A DNA stretch of 62,010 nt, the filler included, from Squatina squatina (Eukaryota): NCBI GenBank assembly GCA_031763465.1. It is 3 parts of 3 records of this genome, joined end to end, with 100 filler letters (N's around TTAATTAATTAA, not from the genome) between each part and the next. Parts side by side here need not be neighbours in the genome. Positions count along the whole stretch, not along the records: positions 1 to 18,119 come from JARFOE010000176.1; positions 18,220 to 46,382 come from JARFOE010000046.1; 1 more part is not named here. The stretch is one strand, 5' to 3'. The position numbers and the translations under genes are program-made. Each line of letters begins with the position of its first letter. Position 1 is the stretch's first letter. Below the pieces are notes generated by a model. The model was not told the DNA's origin, did not search any database, and worked only from the letters and a program-made list of their open reading frames with translations. Below, piece after piece: positions 12,240-24,067 of this stretch.

Positions 12240-12445
12240 TGTTGGCCGTAGGAACAGGAAGAGGTCATTCAGCCCCTCAAGCTTTCTCCATCATTCCATA
12301 AGATCATGACTGACCTGTATCTCAACTCCATCCACCCACCTTTGATCCATACCCCTCGATATCCTTTCGTAACAAAAATCTATCGATCTCTGTCTTGAAA
12401 ATTCTAATTGACCCCTAACATCCACAGGCTTTTGGCAGAGCAAGC
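12240..12445 (-). mobile_element. CR1 LINE 3' fragment
   Basis: aggaacaggaagaggtcattcagcccctc...agatcatgactgacctgtatctcaactccat tail motif. Confidence 0.75.
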
Positions 12446-12567
12446 NNNNNNNNNNNNNNNNNNNNNNNNNNNNNNNNNNNNNNNNNNNNNNNNNNNNNNN
12501 NNNNNNNNNNNNNNNNNNNNNNNNNNNNNNNNNNNNNNNNNNNNNAAATGCTTGGTTGTGTGTGCAG

Positions 12568-12682
12568 GGAAAGAGACAAACGTGGTACAACAACACACTG
12601 GCCTCCCGACGCAAGCGATTAACTGCTCACTTTGAGGATCTTGAGCAGTGCTATTTCTCCACCAGGTTATCCCGTTTGTCAG
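12568..12682 (+). CDS. COP1: COP1 internal exon
   Basis: tgcag|[38 protein letters not shown]|gtaaaa, 115 nt. Not reported in the ORF track. Confidence 0.95.
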
Positions 12683-13138
12683 GTAAAAATTCTTTCATCC
12701 CTTAAACAATATAAGTTTGACTCAGGTGTGTATCATATCCCTGTGATTCCATTTGAATGCTGCACTCAGCTTTACTCATGTTGCAGTGGAAGTGGCCTTT
12801 GTTTTCAGGCCGTTGCAAGTGAATTTACTGGAAAATATCACTTAAATGAGGGGCTGCATTGCCGATAAAGTAGGATTTGGATCTACCATCATCCCCTTGC
12901 ATCTTCAATTTGCATTCATTCTGCTGCATAAGTGGTTGCCTGGATCTTGCTGGAGCTGCTCTCAGTTGTGCTAAGATTGCCAGCTTGTTTGTGGCAGAGG
13001 GGTTCTTCCAAGCAATGGGGATCAAGCTGCTGACTCAGTTCACCCAGTGCAGAGTTGGACAGATTCACTGGGAGTGCAACTGTATCACACCATGTGAGGC
13101 TCAGAGAGTGGACTGACTTATTCCATTACTCACCACAG

Positions 13139-13274
13139 ATGAAACAAGATCAGTAAATCAGCTGGAAGAATTTCAGGAGTGCCTTTCAAAGTTTACACGA
13201 TACAGCTCCGTGAGGCCCCTCGCCACCCTCTCCTACGCCAATGACTTGTACAACGGCTCAAGTATTGTATCCAG
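13139..13274 (+). CDS. COP1: COP1 internal exon leading into the WD40 domain
   Basis: cacag|(D)[44 protein letters not shown]|gtgaga, 136 nt. Phase-compatible with the preceding exon (G|AT = Asp). Confidence 0.95.
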
Positions 13275-13289
13275 GTGAGACATGGGCGG

Positions 13290-13450
13290 GCGAAATTGTA
13301 TCCAGGTGGGGAGATTGTGTCCAGGTGGATTCTGGGGGGGGGACAGAGATTGTGTCCAGGTTGATTCAGGAGGGAGGTTGTATCGGGGGTGGGGATGAAT
13401 CCAGGTGGGAAGTATTGCATCGAGGGTGGGTGGAGGGGATGAGTCCCAAT
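13290..13450 (+). repeat. Degenerate G-rich repeat derived from the COP1 exon/intron junction
   Basis: About 6 copies resembling ATTGTATCCAGGTG immediately after the true donor. Confidence 0.7.
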
Positions 13451-13562
13451 GGTAACTGAAGTTAGTACATAGCAGGATATGGTCACTGCTCTTCACTAAT
13501 CCCTGCTCTTCACTGATCCTGCCCGATCCCTGCTGTTCCTTTCACTTTACGCATAATTCCTT

Positions 13563-13676
13563 TATAAGACCATAAGAAATAGGAGCAGGAGTAGGCCATT
13601 CGGCCCGTCAAGCCCACTCCGCCATTTAATTGGATCATGGCTGATCCGACATTTCTCAATTCCACCTCCCCGCCTT
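13563..13676 (-). mobile_element. CR1 LINE 3' tail
   Basis: ataagaccataagaaataggagcaggagtaggccattcggccc...gatcatggctgatc. Confidence 0.8.
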
Positions 13677-15976
13677 NNNNNNNNNNNNNNNNNNNNNNNN
13701 NNNNNNNNNNNNNNNNNNNNNNNNNNNNNNNNNNNNNNNNNNNNNNNNNNNNNNNNNNNNNNNNNNNNNNNNNNNNCTTTGAACACTTTCATTGATTAGT
13801 TATAGAAACATTGGAGAGGGATAAAAGGACTGTTTGGCTGATAGTCAAAAATCATCCAAACGGGTAATGAAGAGTCTGGCTGCCTTCCAGTTGGTGGGGA
13901 AACGGGGGCAGGCCATAACACCAGGTTTCACTGTGCGCCCCTGCAGGACATTGAGGCAGCTGGGGTGGGGTGGGTCTTCTGTTGAATGTTATAGACTGGG
14001 AATTCCCAGGCACAAGCTAGTTAAGCTAGTGGATTGAGCTCTAGGAAATCCGAGAGCATCATAAAGGGGGCTGAAACCTGCCCTTTATCCCCACTTGATC
14101 CTTCTCCTGTGGAATTTAGATTACTCAGGTACAGGGGAAAAGAAAATCAACCCAGCGTCTTGAGGAGGAGAGAGAAAGAAGGGGAAATTTGGTTGAAAAA
14201 TTAAAAATCACTCAGCGGTCCTATCATGCCATCTACTGGTTGTTGATGAAAACTTCAGAGAATAACACTTGTGGGAACACTTGACAGTGGTATAATTCAC
14301 TCAGCATCGGTGGAAACACAATATCAAAAACTATATAAACACAACAAAACATCATCATTGAATAAACTACAACCAAAGAAAGTAAACTCCTTGGCTGCAA
14401 AGTCTGTAGCAGAATAGTGTAGAGCTGGGGCATTCCCATAAGGGCAAGGGGATGGAATGCAGAATAGCGTGGCGCGGGTTATGTATGTGAGGGCAAGGGT
14501 AGCATGGCGCTGGGCACAGTTAAGGGTAAGGTGTGGAATGCAGAATAGTGGAGGGGGTGAACGTAGTCAAGAGCTAGAGGGTGGAATGCAGAATTATGTG
14601 GAGCTAGTGTATGTAGCAAGAGGGATGATACACTTGTTTGCAACAGAAATCTATTTGTCTTGTTTTAATGAGCAGAGCTATCTATGATAGCCTATCTGTG
14701 AAGAGCTTTTGCAGTCAGTAAAGGTTGATTTCCGACCTCCCCTTTATGTTGTTCCTTTGCCCCAAGCCTGGTTTCCCTTGTTCCTTGGAGATATTGATGA
14801 GTAGGCCATTCTGCAGAGCATAATTGTGTATGACTCAGTATGTCACCATAACACGTGTGCCTCTCCGCAATGATCCAGGCACCTGNNNNNNNNNNTGAAT
14901 CAACCTTCCCACGTTCCTACCGTGTGCTCTGAGAATGCTGGTGGCAACATGGGCATAGTTGTAACTTTGCTTGCATGGTGTGGTGGATATTTCAGGTGTC
15001 AAGAGCCACAGTAACAACATCATCCAGTAGCTACCCAGACACTTGCCAGTCTGGGTGAAAAAGCTGGTACACTGGACTGGCATTAAATTAAGGTGTCTTG
15101 GCTGCTGCCAGGAAACCGAGCATTGACATTTATTATTTGGTGCTTTGGTCACATATCAGGTGCACATTCAATAAATGTGTACCTGGGATGGCAGGACTGN
15201 NNNNNNNNNNNNNNNNNNNNNNNNNNNNNNNNNNNNNNNNNNNNNNNNNNNNNNNNNNNNNNNNNNNNNNNNNNNNNNNNNNNNNNNNNNNNNNNNNNNT
15301 TTCAGGTGAGATTTGCTGCGAGCAGCGGATCTCGGGTAGGTCCTGGAAGTGGGTTTGGGGAAGGCAATTGGGATGTGGGAAAACAATCAAAGGTGGGGAT
15401 GGAAGAGTCTGGGAAAAGGGAAAAGTGATCAGGAGGGTGTGATCTGGAGAGATGGGGAACTAATTCGGAGGGCTATGGTTGATCAGGAGGGGGGCGAGCG
15501 GGAGCTGGCAACGGTCTAAAGCACTGCAATGGTGCTGGGCGAAGCACTGTTGTACCTTCCAGTTCCACATTCAGGAAAATATTTCTCAACAAATTTACAC
15601 ATTTTTGGTGCACTTGCAGCTTTCTGTTTAAAACCCAATTGGCTTTCCAGTCTTTGCTGGGCCAGCTGTCCAGATTATTGTCTTGTTTTTTTTCCACTTG
15701 CCCTCTGTTCACATCCAGAATGGGCCAGAGACTTCCCAACTCAGTGTGTGTGAGATGTTTATCAAGACAGGCTAATGAATTGTTTATTATTTATAGCCTT
15801 TGCCGAAACAGCATAGCTTAAAGCGTAGATCATTCGCACTTCACTTATCGATCCTCTCAGTGCCTTTTAGAAAAAAAAGCTTGTGAACACATTTTGTTTT
15901 AACAACCAAACTTTTAAAGTAACTTCTTCCCCCCATCCCGCAATAACTAACGTGAAAAATGGTCAAAAAATCTTAC

Positions 15977-16360
15977 CTAAATAGCATAATGCCCGTTTCC
16001 ATCTTTTCTGACAGGGATCATTATTCCACTTTCCTGCATCTTTCGGTCTCTTTATATAAATTTCGACACAATCTTCCATCCCAGGAGTTGGTTCACCTTC
16101 AGCCCAGTTTTCTGCCTCTTTATCCAGTGATTTGTTTGTTCCAACCCAGGTCCAAACACCACGATTCTTTCTTATTCCAATCCAGTAGTAAGTTGGATTT
16201 CTTGGCAACACCATATTCAGATATTCATTTTCTTCACTGTTCTGAATTGCAACCAGGTCAGTGAAGGACTTTCGGCAGAATTCTCTGGCGTCTGGCCATG
16301 TCATATCTGTTGCTGAATAGTTATAGTTCCAGCTGCGGACTCCTCCCCACATTGCTAGTT
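15977..16360 (-). CDS. Selectin family (P/E/L-selectin-like) C-type lectin domain exon
   Basis: cacag|(E)[15 protein letters not shown]...FTDLVAIQN...YYWIGIRK...[22 protein letters not shown]...[10 protein letters not shown]...GKWN...ALCYL|gtaag, 384 nt, phase 1-1 as in selectins. Paralogue not assignable. Confidence 0.95.
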
Positions 16361-16606
16361 CTGTGAAGACAATACACTTTCTTGTAATAAAAATAGAAAA
16401 TGCTGGANNNNNNNNNNNNNNNNNNNNNNNNNNNNNNNNNNNNNNNNNNNNNNNNNNNNNNNNNNNNNNNNNNNNNNNNNNNNNNNNNNNNNNNNNNNNN
16501 NNNNNNNTTCCATGCAATTTTTTTTAAAGCCTTAACAATTACCTCTATGAGGTTAGAATAACTTGTTTTTATATTTCAGTTAAATGCTGGTGAAGCCCAC
16601 CCTAGT

Positions 16607-17030
16607 GTGTCAGCCAGTGGCACAGTGGGTAGCACTCTTACCTCTGAGTCAGAAGGTTGTGGGTTTAAGTCCCACTCCAGAGACTTGAGCAGATAATTTA
16701 GGCTGACAATTCAGTATAGTACTAAGACAATGCTGCACTGTCAGAGGTACCATATAATAGGTGCCCCCTCATTTGAATATAAAAGATCCCAAGTCGTATT
16801 TGAAGAAGAGAAGAGGAGCCCTTACTGTGTCCTCAACCAACATCACTAAAAAAAAGTTATCTGGTTATTATCTTGGTGTTGTTTGCGGGACCTTGCTGTG
16901 TGCAAAATTGGCCACCACATTGCCCTACATTACCACAGTGATTTCAAAAGTACTTAATTGGCTGAAAATTGCTTTGGGATGTTGTGAGGTCATGAAATGT
17001 GCCATATAAATGCAAGTTTTTCTTTCTTTC
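16607..17030 (+). mobile_element. Near full-length tRNA-derived Deu-domain SINE (SacSINE1-like)
   Basis: A box TGGCACAGTGG (16618-16628), B box GGTTTAAGTCC (16662-16672), Deu core, tail tataaatgcaagtttttctttctttc. Confidence 0.88.
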
Positions 17031-18119
17031 TTACATTTTTCAATCTATTCCTTTTGTTATCAATACAAGAGCCCTAATAAGTAATAGCAACATTGTCAAA
17101 CTGTTATGTTTACAATTCTCTATCAGCTGCAGGGAAACAACACGATGACTGCTACTGCTATTTCACCTGGGATCTCGCTGGTGTCGATCTAACTTATATG
17201 TTTATTTTTGCAGCACTGCAAATGACACATCCTCTTTGTAACTAGACCTCTGAGGAAATGTCTGAAATAAACACGTGGGATTGTCGTGTCACAATTCACC
17301 TCACATGGCTTCAGTATTATACTCACTTGAGCCACTGTGTTCATTTTCTTCCATTTTATCTGCCAAGGAAACATTAACTTCCTTCCCGTAAAATAAAACT
17401 AGTTAATGATCTGGAGTCGCCAAATTTTAAATATTCCAAGTAGCCATTTAAAAAAAATTTTTTTAACATTCAATGTAAACCACAACACAGAATAGTTATT
17501 GGAGCAGTGCAGCTGTAAAGTACCATACCAGTTCAAAGAAATTGACAAGATTCCTGTGTAATGTGATGCTTGTGTCATTGGAACCAAGTACTTGGTCAGT
17601 ATTTTGAATGTATTGTTCATTTTTACCAGTTCATTTCAAACTGCTGTACTGCTATGAGATACAGCTTTTATACATGGTTTCAGTTTGTGTGGGGCTTTAG
17701 ATCCTTTGGATTTGGTACATTTTATCTTAATTGCAAATGCCATACAGCAGGATTTTATTTCTACTTTTGTTGAAAAGTTGCCAAGAAAATGAGCAAAAAC
17801 ATAGGTATCAAAAGATGTAAGAAGTGATGGCTACATTTATTTCATAACTAGTGACAGATAAAATCTTTGATCTTTGACCTTTATATCTTGAGGTATACAA
17901 AAGCTAAGTTCCGTCTATTTTATTCTAATCAGTCAGCATCACGGGGAATTTTTCTGGGAAGGCCAGGAAGTTGTGGAATTGCATGCCTGAGTGAGGATAT
18001 AAGGCCAGCAGCTACAGTGAAAGTGTCAGTCTGCAAAGATAATCTGTTCAGTGCAGTGCAGATACTGGCAGGTTCTATTCATTCAACCTTCAACTGAGCA
18101 CTTGTAGAGCATCAGAATC

Positions 18120-18219
18120 NNNNNNNNNNNNNNNNNNNNNNNNNNNNNNNNNNNNNNNNNNNNTTAATTAATTAANNNNNNNNNNNNNNNNNNNNNNNNN
18201 NNNNNNNNNNNNNNNNNNN
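18120..18219. other. Artificial scaffold-joining spacer (N44-TTAATTAATTAA-N44)
   Basis: All-frame stop 12-mer at 18164-18175 embedded in Ns. The same structure occurs at 46383-46482. Confidence 0.97.
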
Positions 18220-19229
18220 ATACCGCGCACATGTCAGAAGGCTGCAAAGATGGTTGTGCAGATAACCACAGTGTTGCAAAAACCTATAGTCCTTCCCATC
18301 CTTTTAGCTAGAATACATTTTATTCTGCAATACCTATTTATTTTAATCTCCCCACCAGATCCCCCCAGGGGTCATAAACTCCAAACTCCATGCTAGGATA
18401 CAGTTCCATAGATATCCTCCTACACACAGCTCATGGGCAGTTATTGATGTATGCGTCTTGATGAGCAGCAGCAAGCTATTTGACCATGGGGATGGCAGAA
18501 ATTGCAGTCGAGCCCAATTGTGGGACCTTGTGTGCAAACTGGCTGCTGTGTTTCTGTACATTTCAAGAGTGACCAATCTGTCCTCACTTCTGTCCATACT
18601 AGTGCACTACTGGTGACAGATCTTGCACAGCAACCAGGGAAATGTGACAGATTTCCCCCACCGTAAACCAGAGGCATGGAGATTAGGTGACAACACAGAT
18701 GAAGAACCAAACTTGCTGTTCTGCTCAACTATTAACTGGAGAAACTTGCTAAGTTATCCGGGAGCACAACACCTACAACCCGTAACAAAATTATCACGCT
18801 TTCAATTTCTAGAATTCTCTTGCTTAGCTGTGGGCAGCTATAACTGGGCTGGTTGCCGATCAATAGTGGGCCACATTTATCTACGCCTCTGAAAACTTAA
18901 CCAATGACCAAAGGCAAACATATGCCCCATAGTCTTAATAAGGTGGTCGCAAAGTCACCTGTAGACAGCTATTTCAGTAGTTTAATACTGGCTCCAGAGT
19001 CAGTATGGTGTAAAAGCCGTAACTGCCGATTTCTGCATTAGTATAGGCGCTGAGTGAATATTCCAGGGAGAATTTGATTACATGGATTACCCAAACTATA
19101 AACAATGGATTTAACCTCAGTTTTACAAAACCTCAAACTGCAGCATTTTGAATAATATGTGAGTTTCAGAATGGTAAATTCTAAAATCCTGATATAGAAA
19201 AAGAGAACGTCTCATGATCCCATGACGTC

Positions 19230-19515
19230 AAAGTACTTTTGAAATAGTCACTGTTTAAATGTACAGAAACGCAGCAGCCAATCTGTATACAAGGTCCCAC
19301 AAACAGTAATGGCGGCATTGGTTGAGGGATAAATATTGGCCAGGACACTGGGAGAACTCCCATGCTCTCCTTTGAATAGCATTGTTACATTTTTTTTTAG
19401 AAACGGCCACCCGAGGCCTTGGTTTCATGTCTTATCTGCAAACTGGCACCTCTGACAGTGCAGCAGTCTCTCAGACCTGCATCGAAGGGTCAGCCTAGCT
19501 TACTCGCTCAAGTCT
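19230..19515 (-). mobile_element. Deu-domain SINE, degenerate
   Basis: Reverse complement of the SINE core (aagtacttttgaaatagtcactgt...gcagccaat...cccacaaacag...ttggccaggacactgggagaactcc). Confidence 0.8.
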
Positions 19516-19674
19516 TTTATAGATGTATTGCTTAAATAACTCAGGTGTACAAACCAAAGCTCCTTTTTTAAACCTCCCAATATAAAATGTTGGTTGTGTG
19601 GCAGGAAGCTAGCTCAGTTACTCACCTTCCCACACCATTACACAAAAATAACCAGGTTTACTTCCCAGACATTA

Positions 19675-19950
<276 letters not shown>

Positions 19951-20094
19951 TTATCGAAGCACTGTGCTTATGCTTTATCAACGTGGAACGCTCCTACTAT
20001 TCTGAGATCTCTATGTAATTTCTTTTTGTGTTTGTTAATGGGATGTGAATNNNNNNNNNNCTTGAACCGCTGTAGTCCATGTAGTATTTTTTTT

Positions 20095-20345
20095 TAGTGG
20101 CTTGGTACAACTGAGTGGCTTGCTAGGCCATTTCAGAGGGCAGTTAAAAGTAAACCACATTGCTGTGGGTCTGGAGTCACATGTAGGCCATACCAGGCAA
20201 GAACACCACATTTCCTTCCCTAAAGGATATTAGTGAACCAGATGTGGTTTTGCAACAATTCGGTAGTTTCATGGTCACCATTACGAATACTAGTTTAATT
20301 CCAGATTTTAAGTGAATTTAAAATCCCCAGCTGCCGTGGATCCAG
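20095..20345. mobile_element. Interspersed repeat fragment (retroelement end), related to 55400-55630
   Basis: Shared ggccatttcagagg...ctggagtcac.t.t.ggcca...ctgcc.t.g blocks. Confidence 0.5.
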
Positions 20346-22934
20346 CAGCACAATTCTCAAACATTAGCTATAAGATAGCACGATCAAAACACAAGTGCTT
20401 TTAACTTAGGAAGTACCAGAAGCACTGCATTCCCTGAATAATTCCTAAAATTGATAACCAGTTTACAAGTATTTACAATTCTAATATTTTCTAACATAAT
20501 ACATATATATGCATAAAGGTATACATGTGTTATGTGCATACATAATATATGCATNNNNNNNNNNNNNNNNNNNNNNNNNNNNNNNNNNNNNNNNNNNNNN
20601 NNNNNNNNNNNNNNNNNNNNNNNNNNNNNNNNNNNNNNNNNNNNNNNNNNNNNNTTAGAAAACAAATTATAATCATGTAAAATATTATTTAGAAAACATT
20701 TGATATAAAACGGAAGATGGCACACCAAAGTCCCTCTGTTTACTGAAGGTTGCTGCATAAAAATTAATCATTCATTCAACCAGACCTTTATTCTCAGCAT
20801 CTCTGCCTTAATATGCTGCTTTGTTGTAGATTTCTTATTTTCAGTAGACTCTCTGGATATATCATTTTCTCATGTCTTCTTTGCATATATTTGTTAATGA
20901 GAGTGAGATGGAAAACATAATTGTCAACTTATGCTCTGATATCACATTGAACATGAAACCCCATATACATTCTAAATTATATACATTTTTATACATATAT
21001 ATTCATGTTTATTTAAAAAATATTGTTACAAATGACTATACTCATAGGGTGTTTTTGAGGTGCAGTATATCCTGTATGGAGCCGTGAAATGACTAGTACA
21101 GCTACATCTCGTTAATAAATTCTTTTTTATCCTGCAGTTGATTTACTGGATAGTTCTGATTCTCACATCAACAACTTAATACAGAGGCAGGGATAACTTT
21201 CTTAAGTGCACAGGTACACTAGTTGGATTAAATGGTCTATGACTAAAACTTCTGCAGCTAGTGTTCATTCATAGAATGTGAGAAAGCAACACGTCTGCGT
21301 GTCCAGACGGCACAGAGTAAATTTATGTGCCAAATTTCACACAAAGCATGCTCTATTGATTTCTTTCTGTCCTTCTTGCACACTGGATAATGCAGCTCTC
21401 ATTAGATATCTATTGCTGCTGCTACCAGACTTGTCCCACTCATAGAAACCTAGGACTTGCATGCTGTTCTGTTGCGGACTTCTTACTGTTTGGCATCGGA
21501 GTTCTTCTTTGAGCCTGAAGCATGGTGTGACCTCATTGCACGTACCACTGTTGGGCCCAACCTGACAAGCTCTTATGAAATCTGGCAGTAGTGCCTCCAG
21601 GTTCNNNNNNNNNNNNNNNNNNNNNNNNNNNNNNNNNNNNNNNNNNNNNNNNNNNNNNNNNNNNNNNNNNNNNNNNNNNNNNNNNNNNNNNNNNNNNNNN
21701 NNNNAGTTTATGTGCATGAAATTTTGCACGTTTAGCTGACGTGTACAGTTATAATCATATGATGTTGTCACCTTCAATGGCTGCACTTTTCTAGAAGTAA
21801 AACAGATAAGATAAGCGTATGTAATACAGCTGTTGGTTGAAGAGCAGTTGATAACATATATTTCTCCTATGCCTGCAGACACTTAGGTGCTCTGTAGTTC
21901 CTGCAGACTAGAGTAATGCTTATGCTTGGAAAGGGACCGAGTGATTAACTGCTGTACATATGAATTCCTGATATTAAGGGATGCAGTATGGGAATTTATA
22001 CATTAGATTTCACACGAATTATCAGATTTGTAGCTGAAGCTTGGTAGAGAATTGTAATGATTAGTATTTAACACAAGTGCAGATCCATCTTTCTCATGTT
22101 TTCACATGTAATATTTCATTGTCAATTGTGTTGATTTTCAGCTAATGTAAAAAAAAGGAATAATTTATAACTCCTTGTGGTGTATTTTTGTCACTATCTA
22201 GCAGAAACTAAAGTATTTTTGGTTGTGTTTCTTGGGATTTTTCCGATAAAGAAATAAAGCTAGATGTGTCTGACATTTTCAATCGTTTCCCTGCACATAT
22301 CAGAGAATGCAAAATATGCCTTTTAGTGCAGTAGAAGCCTTAGAAGATATTTTACTGCTCCATAGATCTGAGCACTGTAATTATTTCCATCCAGTTATTT
22401 CTCCACTGAAAGGATTTACAATTGTATGTTAGTCCTCTATTTACTCACCAAGAAATCAGCTGAATGTACAGAGATCAAAGGAGGGCTATGTCATTGATAA
22501 AAATTAACCAGACACGGGGCAGCATGTCGCCTCCTTGAATATTACTGACCAGATCCTTCCAGATTGAAGATTGATACAAAAAAATAGTTACTTTGTTACT
22601 GGATGAGCAAATACATGGGCACAGAGTATGTGCAAAGAAGAGAGAGACAAAGATGAACAGAAATCCGGAAATACAGGCTGGAAAAAATCCTGGAATTTCT
22701 CAATGACATTCCTAGCTAGAATAACTGTAAATAACACCATAGGCAATGAAGATTCCTTTGNNNNNNNNNNNNNNNNNNNNNNNNNNNNNNNNNNNNNNNN
22801 NNNNNNNNNNNNNNNNNNNNNNNNNNNNNNNNNNNNNNNNNNNNNNNNNNNNNNNNNNNNGCATTTTGTAAAACAATATTGGTTCATCAATTTACTCAAA
22901 ATTCAGGGATAGAGGCCAATATGAGGAACACTAA

Positions 22935-24067
22935 GGGCTGGATTTAAATGCGCAGACAGGCTGGGAGCAGGAGAAACCTGTAAAAATGTGAAGCACATCT
23001 GTCAGTGGCTTTTTAACATAGCCACTTCACTAACATCTGATTTCCGGGTTTCCCATCTAATGACGACCCACATGACATGATCTTAACTCCAGTATTTAAA
23101 GGGACACTCCAAACATGCAAATTGAAGCAGTTGGAGTTTGGAAGGAGAGAAAAGCTAGTCGTACAATTGAAGGTAGATGGTCAAAGGCTGTGCCCTGCTT
23201 CACCATGCCTCTGTGCTGCTGGGGGCTGTGAGGAAGGAGATACTGTTCCCTATCTCTGTAGTGCCATGCTCCTGGATACAATGCAGGAAGCGGTTCAATG
23301 ACCTAACCAAGGCAGGAAAGGTCAGAGCACTGGCACATTCACCTACATCCTGATGTGCATATCACCCCAATCCCCACACTCTGCCCACTCAAGCCTAATG
23401 TAGTACATCACTCCTCACACCAACTTACCTTGTAGGCCCACGCATCCCTCCCTGTCTATGCACTTCCTCACATCTCCATCTATCCATCCATCACTGACAC
23501 TCACTCTCATCCTTATGTAATATTATGCCTCTCCCTCATAGTCACCCTCAACAAATGCTCTCCATCCATCGGGCGAGCACATGCCATTACTCCCATTCAT
23601 GGGTCTCTTCTTTCCTTCCTTGCAGGAGAGCCCAGAACATCAAAGAGAAGCAGAGAACCAGAGATGGCCCTCCAGCCATCTCACAGCTAGCGTTTGCAGA
23701 GGANNNNNNNNNNGCTACCTGGTGACAGAATTAAACAGCAAACAGCCCAAAGGCATACAATACTCAGTCATATTGATTTGATGTCAACAGCGCGTGAAAT
23801 GTGATCATGTACATAATGATAACTTCAAACATTCTTTGTGACAGTAATCATTCATGTCTTTTACCTTAAACAGGGCCTTCACGCATCCAGTGGAGGTGGT
23901 CGAGGCTGACAAAGACTCCTCAGAGGAGCTCACTCCCTTTGAGAGTGCATCGTCACAGGATTTATGCAGACCATGCACTTGCTTAGATACTCGCATTTCG
24001 GTGGGACCAGTTGTAGAAATAGTTGGGTTTTCGCATGGTGACTCGCACTTCACAAGTGAGCACAAGT
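22935..24067 (+). mobile_element. Decayed Harbinger-like element (terminus plus probable Myb/SANT-gene remnants)
   Basis: Terminus gggctggattt and the tatttaaaggga motif also seen before the transposase start at ~43758. No intact ORF. Confidence 0.45.

Noticed and set aside
14405-14610. Three to four copies of TGGAATGCAGAATA with variable spacers (CRISPR-like)
   Set aside because: Irregular spacing and partly similar spacers indicate a decayed minisatellite.
14904-15052. Minus-strand open frame ...YWMMLLLWLLTPEISTTPCKQSYNYAHVATSILRAH with gtagga donor
   Set aside because: Not recognised and short; insufficient support to call without a homology search.
15557-15603. ATG-led micro-exon MCKFVEKYFPECGTG|gtac on the minus strand, reminiscent of RGS4/5/16 exon 1
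   Set aside because: Similarity limited to MCK, weak donor, and it lies where a selectin intron is expected.
16618-16675. tRNA-like A and B boxes
   Set aside because: Head of a tRNA-derived SINE, not a tRNA gene.
18164-18175. TTAATTAATTAA palindromic motif (also at 46427-46438)
   Set aside because: Artificial all-frame-stop linker between concatenated scaffolds, not biology.
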